Shown piece by piece: positions 43,771-58,670 of a stretch of 64,000 nucleotides of DNA. Position 1 is the stretch's first letter; every line of letters begins with the position of its first letter. Origin of the DNA: the human T2T-CHM13v2.0 reference genome, Homo sapiens. The notes under the pieces were generated by a model. It was not told where the DNA came from, searched no databases, and saw nothing but the letters and a program-made list of their open reading frames with translations. The DNA lies in NCBI RefSeq assembly GCF_009914755.1, contig NC_060937.1; one strand, 5' to 3'. The translations under genes and the position numbers were made by a program.

Positions 43771-45059
43771 TGGCAACAGACAGTTGGTGATTTTGGTGAG
43801 CTGTTGATCATTTTCACAATGCTGACATAATTTCTTTTTATCTTTCCTCTAGAGATCTCACATTCCCCAGGAACAGGAGATTCTCTGAGGCATCAAAATA
43901 CCAGCAAAGGTCTCCTCTAACTGCATGCAGCAGGTTCAGATGCTTGACAAAAATTCTCACTTATAGCGTTAACTTGGAACTGAGTCATATGCCTTTAAGA
44001 TTGAGACAGACTGGGATAGAGACTCTGTGATCAATACTATTTAATTTCATTAGCTTAATTGATACTCAGAATCACTCTGTGAAGTAGATGATCTTATGAT
44101 TCTAACTGTTATTATTATTATTATTATTATTAAAGTATATTTATGTAGCCATGGTCATCATTAGCAAAGATCTACGGCATGCAGGTTCCAAAATTCTCTG
44201 CATGGGAACAATCCATGAACTGATGCAGTTGTTCTATGTGAAAGGCAATTTTTAGTCTCTTCAGTGGGATTCTCACATATCTTCCCTAGATAACCTTAAA
44301 AATCCTTGACCTACTTCACAGAACATCTGCTATTACTATAATAAACAGCAGATAACACAAGAGAGTGGATCCAGTAAAAAGTCACATCCTGATATGACCA
44401 GGTTTTCCTAAACAGTGGTCATGATATACCAGGAACATTCAAAGCCATAATTAGAACATTCCAAAACTGGGATCATAGCCACATACTTGTTGGTTGCTTT
44501 TATTTTTTCTTCAGGATGTACTGAGATTCCGGAGAAAGAGAAGCCCGCCAATACTCTTCCATGAATTCATCTTTTTACCCACTCAGATACTTAAGTGCCT
44601 AAAGTTCATTATTAAGGCTTAAGTGAAAAAAAAAAAAATCACAGAAAGTTTGAGAACATTCATTCTAATTACCAGGTTAATACTCGGCACCAGTAGCCAT
44701 ATAAAGTGATATTGTCATTTGGAAGGTTGTGCTCCTAGTCAAAGTTTTCTTGCTCATTTTCTTGACCCTGTATCTAAAAGTGTATCATTTCATCTTTGTT
44801 CTATTGTAGTGAGACTTTAAATGCTTCAATAATTCCCTTTATAAATAACTAATCACCCTTGAAGTCTTAATCCATTGTCTGTTAATAATACTTTAATTGG
44901 ATGTCAGTTCATCAGATCATTTCTGAGTTGTCACCAGATCAAAGCAGAGAAAATGTCCCAGTAGGAGATGGTTTGGAGAGATCCAGGTAGGAGCAAAGGT
45001 AACAGACCTGGGCATGGTGTTATAATGACTTCCATGGTACTTCTGCAATTGAAGGAACG

Positions 45060-45300
45060 ATAACAAGATTTATTGAGTGCCTATTTCATTCCAGGTGCTA
45101 TTTTAGGCAACTCATATATGTTACTTATTCAATAATATTCCAGTATTCTCAGAGGTTAGTGCATTATCCCAATTTTATAAGTGAACACACTGGAGCTGAA
45201 AAAGCTTAAATATCTTGCCCACAGTCATAGAGTTAGTATAAGCATTAGCACCAGAATTCAAATTGGATATATTTGAGCCTGAAATATGCTCTTTTGCTAA
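45060..45300 (-). mobile_element. MIR
   Basis: ATTTATTGAGTGCCTA...CCAGGTGCT...ATTATCCCAATTTTATAAGTGAACACACTG...CTTGCCCACAGTCAT. Confidence 0.75.
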
Positions 45301-46201
45301 GCTTCATAAGGGATAATCAGGTGATCATTATCAATCATGACCATTGGTTTGCTTGAACAGGTGCATCAGGTCCTTCCTATTTTATAAACAGTAGAATGTT
45401 ATATCCTTTTTTTTCTTTAACAAATATCTATGAAGAACCTACCATACTGTACATAAGGCCCTTTTCTACTTGCTAGGATATAGTTGTTAACAAATTGCAA
45501 AGTCGTTGCTCTTATCAAGTTTCTATAATAGTGGGAGTGGAGGCAACTTTATTACCTATGACTTCTGCTCTGTCTGCAAATATTTCCAATATTGACCAAA
45601 ATATACTGTATCACATACTCTCTAGTGTACATATTTGAAAAACTATATAAACCACAAATAGTAAGCAACTAAAATATAGTTGTGTTTCAAGTCTTTTCCC
45701 CCTTGTTTCCATCCATGAAGAAGTTGTGTATTGGCCAAATGAACTAAAAATGTCAACTCAACTATTAAGACCTACAGCACTTAGCATGAACTGTCAATTT
45801 TCAAACATGTCAAATAATGCAATGCCTAAATACATAGCTTGGCCTTCTACACACTGAAAAACTGTTTCATTATGTGCATTTGTAAATAGCTAAGTTACCA
45901 ATGGACCTCTAAGGTCTTGTTTAAGTTACTGAATAAACATTTCATCTCATAGTTGCATATGAATGAATATACGTCTACCTCTGTGATGATCTTGATAATT
46001 TTATACATCAAAATATTATAGTTTCCAACTTAGATGTAATTGTTCTTGAACAACAGAAGCTATAAAGATGAAAGTTCCATCTCTAATTTGTTTCCTAAGT
46101 TTAACTGTATTTAGGTTTTTTGAAAGAATATAATACATAAAATCCATGTTAAGCTACTATACTATATGAATAAAAAATAAATGGGTTTAAGTTAACATTT
46201 T

Positions 46202-46365
46202 TACGTATCTGAATAACTCTCATGTTTGTTTCACTAACACTTCATTGGAATAAAGGATTAGAACATAGCATAAGTTCTAGGAGTACTTATCTGAATAACT
46301 CTCATGTTTATTTCATTAACACTTTGCTGGAATAAAGGATTAGAACATAGTATAAGTTCTAGGAG
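46202..46365. repeat. Tandem duplication, 2 x 82 bp
   Basis: TATCTGAATAACTCTCATGTTT...AAGTTCTAGGAG starts at 46206 and 46288. Confidence 0.95.
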
Positions 46366-46389
46366 AACAACATCCAATATTTTGTAGGT

Positions 46390-46643
46390 TTTTCTTTTTA
46401 AAAACCAAGAGCATTTTCATGTTTTGATTTTATGCTTCTCTACTTTATATTGCAAATACTGTCTTGACTTGAAAAACATCATATACTCTCTCAGAGGTCA
46501 CACACTTTAAAAATTGTTGCCAATAATGCACTGAACATACATATGAATAAATGGGCATTACAGTGAATGCATGCAAAGTGAAAGACCACATCTGTTATCC
46601 AGTGAGCATTTTTCCCAAATCCACTTGTTAGGTTCAGCGTTAT
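46390..46643 (+). repeat. Left arm of a long inverted repeat (partner about 48880-49135)
   Basis: Shares TTTATATTGCAAATACTGT, CTTGAAAAACATCATA and TCTCTCAGAGGTCACA with the reverse complement of the right arm. Confidence 0.88.
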
Positions 46644-46744
46644 GCTTCTATTAGTAAGCATGATCTTTGGCTTTTTTGAAGTCATATTCAGTTTATCACA
46701 GTTTTTCAGTTATAAGAAATCCATGATTGTAATGTAAAATTCTA

Positions 46745-47375
<631 letters not shown>

Positions 47376-47757
47376 CAGATCTTGCATTAATGGGGAAAGG
47401 CCCCAAATCTGTCATTTTTACACGCATTAGTAAGAATTTTAAGTGAGACTTAGAGTCTCACCTGAAGTAAAAGGAAAGAGAGCATTATCTTTAGCCAGAG
47501 AAGTACAAATATGAACACAACTGATAAACATATAAAGACAAGAAACACTTTATAAATTGAAAATACAAGCAGAGTTGTTTGAAGTGGTAGGGACGGAGGT
47601 TTCATGCAGGCTCTAAGGCTAAAGCATGCCATCGTAAAAAAGATGTTTTAGAAAATATTCGCCTGACTAAGAAAGGTAAAATAGCAAAACAACTGGAGGA
47701 GAAAGGAATTAGGTAGTGTATTAAGCCGTTCTCACATTGCTATAAAGAAATACCTGA

Positions 47758-48167
<410 letters not shown>

Positions 48168-48303
48168 TCAACTTCTAGGGAGGCCTCAGGAAACATATTC
48201 ATGGCGGAAGGCAAAGGGGGGTGAGGCACTTGTGGCTGGAGGAGGAAGGGCGGGGAGGTGCTACGCAGTTTTAAACAACCAGGTCTCATAAGAACTCACT
48301 ATC

Positions 48304-48623
<320 letters not shown>

Positions 48624-48879
48624 AGAACTCACTATCACACTAACAGCACCAAGGTGATGGTGCTAAACCATTCACGACGGATCCACCCTCATGATGCAAT
48701 CACCTCCCACCAGGATCCGCCTCCAACATTAGGGATTATGATTCAGCATGAGATTTGAGTGGGGACAAACCATATCAGGTGGCAATTAATGTAATAAAAG
48801 AGGTGAGAAGAGCCCATATTAAGGTGTTTAGTCCTCAGAGATGCATATCAATTCTTTACATGCACAATATTCTTAAATG

Positions 48880-49135
48880 ATAACATCTGTACACTTGTGG
48901 ATTTGGTAAAAATGCTTACCTGATAACAGGAGTGGTCTTCAGCTTTCTATGCGTTCATGTAATGCTTCATTTCATTGATATGTATGTAGACTGCCTTATC
49001 GGAAACACTTGTGAAAATATGTGACCTCTGAGAGAATGTATGATGTTTTTCAAGTTGTCAATACAGTATTTGCAATATAAATTAAAGAAACATAAAATTA
49101 AAACATGGAAATGTTCTTAGGTTTCTTTAAGAAAA
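48880..49135 (-). repeat. Right arm of the long inverted repeat
   Basis: TGTGACCTCTGAGAGA...TATGATGTTTTTCAAG...ACAGTATTTGCAATATAAA is the reverse complement of the left-arm core. Confidence 0.88.
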
Positions 49136-52100
49136 TGTATAAAAACTTGAAATTGACTTACTACTGCCTGCATTTTACTTAAGAAACTTAAAACAAATAG
49201 CTACCATTAAGATGTTCCACATGTGTTTTTTCAAAAGCTCTTGTAGGTAAGCCAATAAACCAATTAGATCAACCCAAACAAATTCTTAACTTTTTGAGTA
49301 TTTCCTGTGTCTTGTGCATGTATAAACATTAATGGCATTATAAAAACTGTAGGAGTGGAGAAATGCAATTTAGGCAGCTGTTTGTCAAATCAAGTTTTCC
49401 TAATTTTCCATTTCCACAAGTTTCATAAAATTTTTCCTGAAGAAATATCAGTCAATTAAAAGAAAACAATGGTGTATCATCTACCATGTGAACTATAAAT
49501 TGTTATAGACACTAAAATTCTGTTTATTTATAGTAGAGTCAATAAATGTGTCATAACTCAATTTGAGAATGTACCATAAAGAAAAAAGAACTAATTTCTG
49601 TAGAAAAAAGAATTTAGTTCACCAAAACTCATATACAAACACACATACTTGCTTATACACCTTCATAATTTTTGTAAAGATATACTTGATTAAAGAGTAT
49701 TCTCTCTAATAGAGAAAAATTAACAAGTTCAGAATGAAAACATCTTCAAATTTAACATCATATCGCCTTCTTTGTGTTCTGTGCTTTACATTTTACAAAA
49801 TATAACAACATACATAACTTTTGGTCATAATGATGACAGCCAGCATGGATATTTCCATGTTATCAATGAGAATAACTCCAGTTCCTAATAGAGAGCGTTT
49901 CAAAGGCAACTCTAGAAAACATGCACTATTTATTAATATGGGGCAATGGCCTCTAAGCATTTCTCTCACCTCTCCTCCATGCCCAAGCCCATAGCACCAT
50001 CACCCAGAGTCAGCAGGGCCTAATGCAGCACACCAAACACATAAATTGTTTTCAAAGTTTTGCTTTTACAACATTTATGTGAATTTCAAATTTTCTGCCA
50101 TATCTGACCATATTTTTTAATATAAATTATTTTCTCCACCTCTGAATCTTCCAGGAAGATGCAGTGTGTTGATCCCGTGCTTTTGAGGAAACCTAGCGTG
50201 CTATGTCACATCTTGCCAGCCAAGCTACAGAATCACTTCTATAATATCTAAAGACCAAAACACCAAAAGCTAATATGAACTAGGTGCAAAAAGCGTAGCC
50301 AGTCTCAAACCTCCACTTCTCTGTCTGTTACATAGGCTTCCATGTATCCTTCTGATAGTGAATGGAAAAAATATTGGAAGCACCTATCAGTGGGGTGAGA
50401 CCCTCACCCTGTCACCTTACCATACATAGGGACTTTCAAGGGAGAAAAGGAAGGACCAAGAGGATAAGAAAAGACCCACCAAGGATACCAAAGAGTTGGC
50501 CTAGTATGCAAATACAGAGTTTTGATTTCTCTCCATTCATAGTTTTCAATCCTTATTTATTGAATTTAAAGACACTCGGGTTTTGAGTCTTGACTCATTA
50601 AAATGTTTCTCGTGGAAGATTGGGCTGAGCCCTTGTTTTTTCTAGAGGTTGGATTATGACCACTGTCATTCCTTACATTTTGACTGTTTTTCTGTTAACA
50701 TACGGAGCACTACAATTATGAAATATATTCTTTTCTGCTATGGGAAAATCAACACAATTTGGAAGCAGTCCTGCCTGGAATTTTGGGAAATTGATTCTTC
50801 CTCCTTGCCACTTTTCCATCAATCAACCTGCAGTCAATGGATAACTCCACTCTACTATGTCTTCTATCTCCTTTGTGGTACATCTGGAAGTTGCTGAATT
50901 GGATCAGGTCATTGCTTTGACAATGTTTGTCACAAGGATCTGTTGTAAACTCTCCCAAGAAATCTTCCTCTGTGTATTTGTCTTCTCAAGTCATTATGTT
51001 GTACCACCAAGTAAATTAGACATTATGCAAAAGTACATTCGTTTATGAAATATACAGCAGATATTCAAAGATATCGTTTCCCAGTAAAACAGAATGTAAC
51101 AGGATGTTTGCACACTAAGTAACTATGTTTACTGTCATTTAAAGATCGACAAATTCAAAAGTTCATTAAATTGCCCAGGGGCATCCAACTAGGAAATGGA
51201 AGAGCCAGGATCCAAGCCCAGGTCTAACTGAGGGAGAAAGGGATGTTTCCATTGATGTTTACTGTCCTGTGCCCTTCCGTCCCCTTTCTGCCCATCTCAG
51301 AGAATTTCAATCTTGGAATTCCCTCTCCAGTGTATCCAGCATTCTCTCAATCACCCTTTCCCAGACAATGTGTCTAACTAACAAACAAACGAACCAATAA
51401 AGAAAAAGAAATGGTCTGTTAAGTAAGAAGCAAATCAAAAAAAGTAAACCTCCATACTATTTGAATATTTCCCATTTTAAATTTATTTTCTAGAAGCTCT
51501 TTGGTAAGAAATAAAAAGCACTAAAAATTTCGAGCTTTGGGCAATAATGCTTAAATCAATTTCTTTTCATGTTCACCGTAAAAAGATATTGCACTGATGC
51601 TTAAGTCTATTCCTGTCTTAGTATTACAGTATTAGTGTTTTCTGAAACGTAAAGTTCAGAACTTCAAGATTATTTTTAATTTTAGTTTTAAAGTTACAAA
51701 AATTTTAGAGACAGTTTGGGGGAAATCAATGAAATCATCTGAAAGTGATGAATGTAATACACAACTTTGAATATTAATTTATAAATATTTATGATCATGT
51801 TCTTGTGTCATTGCTTCAGTCTTTAAACTCTTTTTTTCAAAAACTCTTTAAATGTAAGTAATTTTAAATTAAACTATTTGCATTTTACATATTGAGTTTA
51901 TATGTTCATTCTCCAAAAAGGAGAAAGCAAATGGCATGGTCTGTTTTTATTACAAAGAATTTCCTAAGCCTGTTGGCTCTAAACAATTATGAAACCAATC
52001 ACTTCCATAGTAGTACATCTAAGATCCTTTGCAGGAAGAAATAAAGATTTATATTGCTTCTTGTTACAATTTCTTAAAACCATTCATATACACAGACATG

Positions 52101-53324
52101 ATCTACCACATACATGTAGTATCTTAGTTTGTTATATGTGTGCCTGTTTGAGACAGTTCATTCTCCATTATTGGCTTACTGCATTAACAGACTGAAGACT
52201 TATTCATAAGAAAATGCATTACATATATCCTCTACACAGTGATGGCAACAGCAGGCAGTCTTTAGCTATGGCTTATGTTACAAAGAACCTTTGGTGTGTA
52301 AACAGAATATATCGTTCAACCAATTTTAGTGAAGTATATATGAAACAATATGTTTTTCATAAACTTTTTTTGTAATATTGGAAACTGAGTTAACGTATTT
52401 ACAACATGTCCCCATACCTTATTTTATTCGATTGCCAGAAGTTGAAATTGAACAAAATTAAAGAAAGAAGGCTGAATCACAAAGCAATATGAGATGGGGG
52501 AAACTGAATGCAGGATTGTGTTCCAAAATTTGTATAGAAAGATTATGTGACAAACAGAGTAATTCCAAGTTATGCTAACCTACACATTTTTAGCTTTCTC
52601 AATTCTAAGCAATAAAAAAGTAGTGAAATGTCTCCATTTTCCCCTACACTTCTATAATGAATGGCTCATGAACAGATCTTGCCGTTTACCCAAGAAGCTT
52701 GTTCATAAGTTGACAAATATGCCTAAATATAAAATTCCAAGGTGAGTTGGAGAAAATGCCATGCAAAACTTGGAAAAGCCCAGATGGTCCATCCACAGTT
52801 AATTAAGTAGCAGAGCCTAAAATAGCTATGAAGCTGTGTACCCAAAGGCTGCAGTCATTTCTAGCCTCCTATAAACAGGAAACCAAAATGGTCTGAAGCT
52901 GGTATTAAGGATCTGTGATGTCATAGGGAAAAAAGAGATAGCAGTGCATGCACCTAAACACATAGTACACACAGTCCTCAGTACAGGCTAAAAGAATGAT
53001 GCCAACACTCAGAGACAAAATGAGTTGGGATATGGGTAATGCAATAGAAAGTCTTCAGCACAGACCTTTGGTCTTTGTCAGCATCTTTAATATTGTTAAA
53101 TGCAACTGGGATTAAGTCATTAGCCTCTCCCATCTGTTCACATAATTATATAAAACAGAACTGAGTCTATGTTCCATACCTGGATATTGCTGACTGTAGT
53201 CACTGCTCTAGCAGCCTTCAAAACCTTCATACTAAACTGTATATATGGGGGAAAATATTTAATAATTTTCAAGGCAATATTTCATAATAACCAAGGCATA
53301 CTCATTCTACATGCAAATATGCAA

Positions 53325-53590
53325 GTTACATAAGCTCTCTGAGCCTGGAGTTCTCTATCTGTAAAATGGTATCATTAGTACTGTAAAATAGTAATGTTGT
53401 GACGACAAAATGAAATAATTCATGTGAGAATAGTGGCACAGTGGAAAGAATATTATGACAAAAAATGTTAGCTGCTTAAATGATAATGAAGATGATCATG
53501 GTGGTGGTGGTGATAATGATGTCATAGGCACTCAACAATTTCAGTTCTTGGCACATGATAGCCACTCAATAAATATGTGTTGAAATAATG
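53325..53590 (+). mobile_element. MIR followed by an L2 tail
   Basis: CTCTCTGAGCCTGGAGTTCTCTATCTGTAAAATGG, then TGGCACATGATAGCCACTCAATAAATATGTGTTGAA. Confidence 0.7.
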
Positions 53591-54494
53591 AGGGAATATA
53601 ACAGCATAACTATGTGGGATAGACACTGATGCCATCATGTTACAAAGAATAAAGCTCATTTCCAAATGGGTTAAGTGAACAATCTCACCCAGCTAGTAAC
53701 AATCTGCTGGGCAGGCAGAGATCTTCTCATTGTATCCTGTTATTCCATCACAACGGGCAATTTATTTTCATGGATCTGGTTTTCATTTGATCAACACAAC
53801 CCCTCTATTAGTCAGAAATAACAGGTATTTAAATCTAAATGCAGATGAGTTAGCTAATGTCCAAAGAGGTTGAGCATTTTGCTCGAGATCATTATATATG
53901 TCTTAGGAAAAATGGTCTGTAAGCTGATTTTAGTGATGTGAGTGAGGAAAAACAGAAGAAATTGGTTCTGGCCCTATAATTTCTGCAACCTAGGTGATGA
54001 GTCTGACCCAGTGGACACCTCTGGGCAAACAGAGTTTAAAGAAGTGACACATTGTGTTCCAAGACCTCATTATAGCTGCCATTTGGCCCTTTAGCTTGTC
54101 ACATAAAGATTCATATTATAAACAGGTTTTTATTCCTTATTACTGCCCACCACCATGAATATTCTATTTTTGCACATAAAAGTACACTGTTGTTTACTTG
54201 AATGCAGCTTCTTTCTCTTTTATTTGTTTTTTACGTTCCAATGGAAAAGTGCCATATATGTGACAAGCAGAGTGTCTCATTTGGAATGTGGCTTTCCTCA
54301 TGAAACCCTTTTGCACAATGCCTTTGAAGCAATGGAACGTAATTCTTCAACACATCTCATGATTGCCAAATGTGGACAGGAAACAAGAGAAACAGCTGTT
54401 TAACTGGCCACAAATTCACCTTTATTACAATATATTTGAACAAGTAGAATATTTCTAGTTTTCAAAGTACACATTGATAACAATACTAATAAAA

Positions 54495-54680
54495 ATAATA
54501 ATGGCTAAGTTATCTTGAGTAATTAACATAAATCAGACATTTTCTAAGTAATGTACTCCTATACAAAAATGTTAGTACCTTGCCGTAGGTCGCACAGCTA
54601 CCTAGGAGTAGAGCTGTAGTTTAAATGCAGGTGGTCTGGCCTCAGCACTGGTGTCCTTTCTCACCACAACATACTGTATC
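54495..54680 (-). mobile_element. MIR fragment
   Basis: GTTAGTACCTTGCCGTAGGTCGCACAGCTA...AGAGCTG...CAGGTGGTCTGGCCTCAG. Confidence 0.6.
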
Positions 54681-56626
54681 TGCTCATCACAGGTACTTAG
54701 GGACGCTAATCATTCCTGTGGGTGCCCACAGTTTGGCAAGATAAAGCACCTTCAGGCCTTCATGAAGCCAAACAATGTCTACTAACAGATTTTATGGAAA
54801 ATGGCTGTATCACATAGCCATAGATGAAACACCAATGCATTTTCTGTGGTAAAACTCCCTCTGAAGACAGTCTTTACCATGGTATTCAATATTTCTCATA
54901 AAAGATGTGTAAAAAATTCTATCAGATTAGGCAAAAATGATCTCTTCTGATTAATTTACTTCCTTTTATTAGAAAAGGGGAGCCATAAAATTTCTGGTTT
55001 TCTGTATTTACTTTGGCTATTAGAAAGCTCAGAGAGAAGCTCAGAGTGAATTGTGGTAGGTTTACAGTGTTAGAGTTTTGTTGTGATTATTTCCCTCTCC
55101 TATTCTTCATTACTGAACTCTGTTATTTTCTTTTTAATATAATACAAGCTAAACAAATGCAATTGCTTTAAAGTAAACATTTTAATCTCATTACTTAAGT
55201 ATTTTAATTTGAACACATTTGAAAAAAATATGGTCTTTTAGACAAGCAACCAAACTGGACTTTAGTGGATAATTTTATCCACTCCTCTGGTTGAAGGAAT
55301 GCTGTCATTTATGGTTTGCATTATTCACTGTACAGGACAGACTTACTGTTTTCTAGAATTCTAATGGGTACAGATTTGGTTGAGAAACAAATATAATCTG
55401 CTGTATTATTTTTCACAAACTTATATTTCAAATTTATACTGAATATATTACATACAATCCAAGGAGATAATGTCTACTATGCAGTAATAAAAATATTTTT
55501 AAAGCCCACATATAAATCAATCATATTGAACTATAATTATAATCCTTATTGACATCAGACTAATAAAATAGTTGATCTTTGACATGTAGCTCTGGGTAAA
55601 ATTGACCCGAAGTCCTTACTACCCTATAAAGGCTTTTTGAATAAAAAGTTGTTTTTTAAAAAAGTACGGAGAATCATTTGACAGACTACATCAAGATAAA
55701 AAGATGCTCTATTAATTTGCAAAAGCCAGAACCCCTTGACTCATTTAGCTAATAATATAGCAAACAGAGCATTTAGCATACCCATCTAAATACTCATATA
55801 AAGAGCTCCACACAAGTGACTAGCAAGTGTTTTAGATTCTCAAAGATTCTACAGGTATTTCTCCCAGTTTTGTTGGGCCTTTAATTTTTAAAAATATGAG
55901 AAAGAAAAATTACTCATAATAAAATTAATCCTGTTATGTAATCTGAAAGCAGTTTAAAAAAAAAAAAAGAAAGACATCTCACTAAGCATCTATTATTTTT
56001 GTACTTATTTATGTCATTGATAAAAATAAGGTATGTAATCCATGTAATAAAATAATACAGATTTATTTTTTCTTCATAAATACTAATAATTCAGTTGGAA
56101 ATATAGAAATTTAAAAACTCTAATATATAAGCCTTTTTATTATGATGAAAGAGAAAGATGTGGAGTCCCCAGATGGGAAAACATATCATATGAGTTGGAA
56201 GATATCTCTTAAAGCATTCTATTGCTGCTACTCTCAACATATTTTACCACTTAATATGAGCAATGATAATTGTAGGACATGAACTATTTTCCCATTTCTC
56301 TGTAATTTAATTTTTAAAAATTAAAATAACTAGAAAATATAGGGAGAAGAAGATATTTTCCCATAGAATAAGATTCTACTACCATGTATCCGGAGGACAA
56401 GTGGAATGGTTGTAACGTGAGTGGGAGGAGAGTAAGGAAGCAGAAGAAAGAGCTGCATTAAATAATGTCGTAGCAAATCATCCTCAATTTAAGAATGGTG
56501 ATTTTAAAAAGAAGCTGAATACAGATGCTATTTTCTTTCAGAGGAAGATCTTTGCACTCTAAGAAAATTATGCATGAATCCTACTAATAAATGAGCAAGA
56601 AGACCTTTTTTCATAACACTGTTATA

Positions 56627-56674
56627 GAACAGTGTTTATGTCAATTGTATGAACAGTGTTTATGTCACTTGTAT
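56627..56674. repeat. Tandem duplication, 2 x 24 bp
   Basis: GAACAGTGTTTATGTCAATTGTAT then GAACAGTGTTTATGTCACTTGTAT. Confidence 0.93.
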
Positions 56675-56805
56675 GAAAAACCAGTCCAATAATGGTTTCA
56701 TGATCGCAATCCTTAAAATTCAGCCAATGAAGCCCTTAGAAGTCAAAATAAAAGTTAGTATTATTATGAGAGGTTACACTCTCATCAGTAGTATTGGAGC
56801 AATCC

Positions 56806-57223
56806 GCAGTATTGGTGCAACCCTTCTGAAGTCACAGGAAAAAACATAAATAAATAAATAAATATATATATATATATATATAGTAGCATATATATGTATA
56901 TTCTATATGTGTGTATGTATATGTATAAAGTATATATGTACTATATATGTGTATATGTATAATTGGCAGTATTGGTGCAACCCTTCTAAAGTCACAGGAA
57001 ACTATATATATATATTTTTTGTACTATATATATATATTTTTGTAGTATATATATTGTATATACATATTGTGTATATATATAGTATATATACTATATATAG
57101 TATATATACTATATATTGTATATATAGTATATATAGTACATATATTATATATATACTATATAGTGTATATATATAATATATATAGTACATATATTATATA
57201 TATATATATATATATACACACAC
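56806..57223. repeat. TA-rich microsatellite region with a duplicated 36-bp anchor
   Basis: GCAGTATTGGTGCAACCCTTCT(G/A)AAGTCACAGGAAA at 56806 and 56966, each followed by (TA)n-rich sequence. Confidence 0.93.
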
Positions 57224-58111
57224 AAAAACGGGTCAACCCTTTGGTGCCATAATTATAAATGTAAGCATGTTTCCTACAGAAATAGAGATATGTAAAAATA
57301 TGTTGCAACAGACAGATACGATAGTGAAAAGTTGAAACAATGTGAATGCGCAATAGCAGGAGTTTACTTTAATGTTCTGCATACATATGGTGGAATATCA
57401 TGCAAACATTGAATACTTTTAACAAAGAAGAAAAAAGTGGAGACACAGAAAAATACTCATATTTTTGCAGAAAAGAAATCTAGAAAAAAATTATTAAGTA
57501 TGGCCTATATTAGTTAAAGTTGCATTTGCTGCTATAATAAATAAATATTCTAGAAGGCTTCCCCAAATAAACATTTATTTCCTAATGTATAAAATCTCAT
57601 TGTTAGGAGGCTGTCATTCAGGGACTTATTCTGATCGAAATGCTGCCATTTTCAACAGGGAGCTTTTTCAAGTCAATCTGGGAAACAATCCTCAGCCAGC
57701 AATAGGTGAGGGAAAGAGAGTAGAGAATAGATAAGAATGCAGCGTTGATTTTCCATGTATGTTCATGTATGTGCACACACATATATAAATGTATTTGTTT
57801 TCTTATTTATACCTTTCTATATTTTAAAACATGTCCATAATTTTGACTTTGCTTTTATAATAAGAAAATAGTAAAATATAAGAAACTAATACTGAGATTG
57901 CATTGTGTACTTGGTCTACATCTTTCTCTTTTCCACTCCAAATTTACTTAACTTGAAAGTAAAGTTTTAAAGTTAGAATTACCTAACTATGGACAAATTA
58001 TATTTTCTATGATTAACTTCTGTCTGAATTGAGGCCCACTTTTAAAAACAAGAGTCAGAGTGTTCATGATATAGAAAAGTCTGGTAATACATATGAATTA
58101 TTTCTAAATTT

Positions 58112-58670
58112 TATATATATATATAAACAAGCACACATACATATATGTATATATTTTATATATGTATATATACCATACATACACATATATGTGTACATAG
58201 CATACATACACATATATGTGTACATAGCATACATACACATATGTGTGTACATAGCATACATACACATATGTGTGTACATAGCATACATACACATATGTGT
58301 GTGCATAGCATACATACACATATGTGTGTGTATAGCATACATACACATATGTGTGTGCATATCATCTATACACATATGTGTGTGCATATCATCTATACAC
58401 ATGTGTGTGCATATCATCTATACACATATGTGTGTGCATATCATCTATACACATATGTGTGTGCATATCATATATACACATATATGTGTGTGTACATATC
58501 ATATATACACATATATGATATATGTGTATGTGTGTATGCATATCATATATACACATATGATATATGTGTATGTGTGTTTATACATATATATGATATATAT
58601 CATATATACGTATATATGATATATATCATATATACGTATATATGATATATACATATATATGTATATATAT
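58112..58670. repeat. 27-bp minisatellite in alternating purine/pyrimidine low-complexity DNA
   Basis: Unit CATAGCATACATACACATATGTGTGTA, about 12 copies over 58170-58510. Gives the 9-aa periodicity seen in the ORF track. Confidence 0.95.

Noticed and set aside
44495-44620. Strong plus-strand acceptor TTTTTTCTTCAG|GATGTA with a short open frame
   Set aside because: No convincing donor or recognisable peptide, so insufficient alone.
58170-58510. Regular repeat array superficially resembling CRISPR
   Set aside because: Units are directly adjacent with no unique spacers, no cas genes are present, and the DNA is primate.
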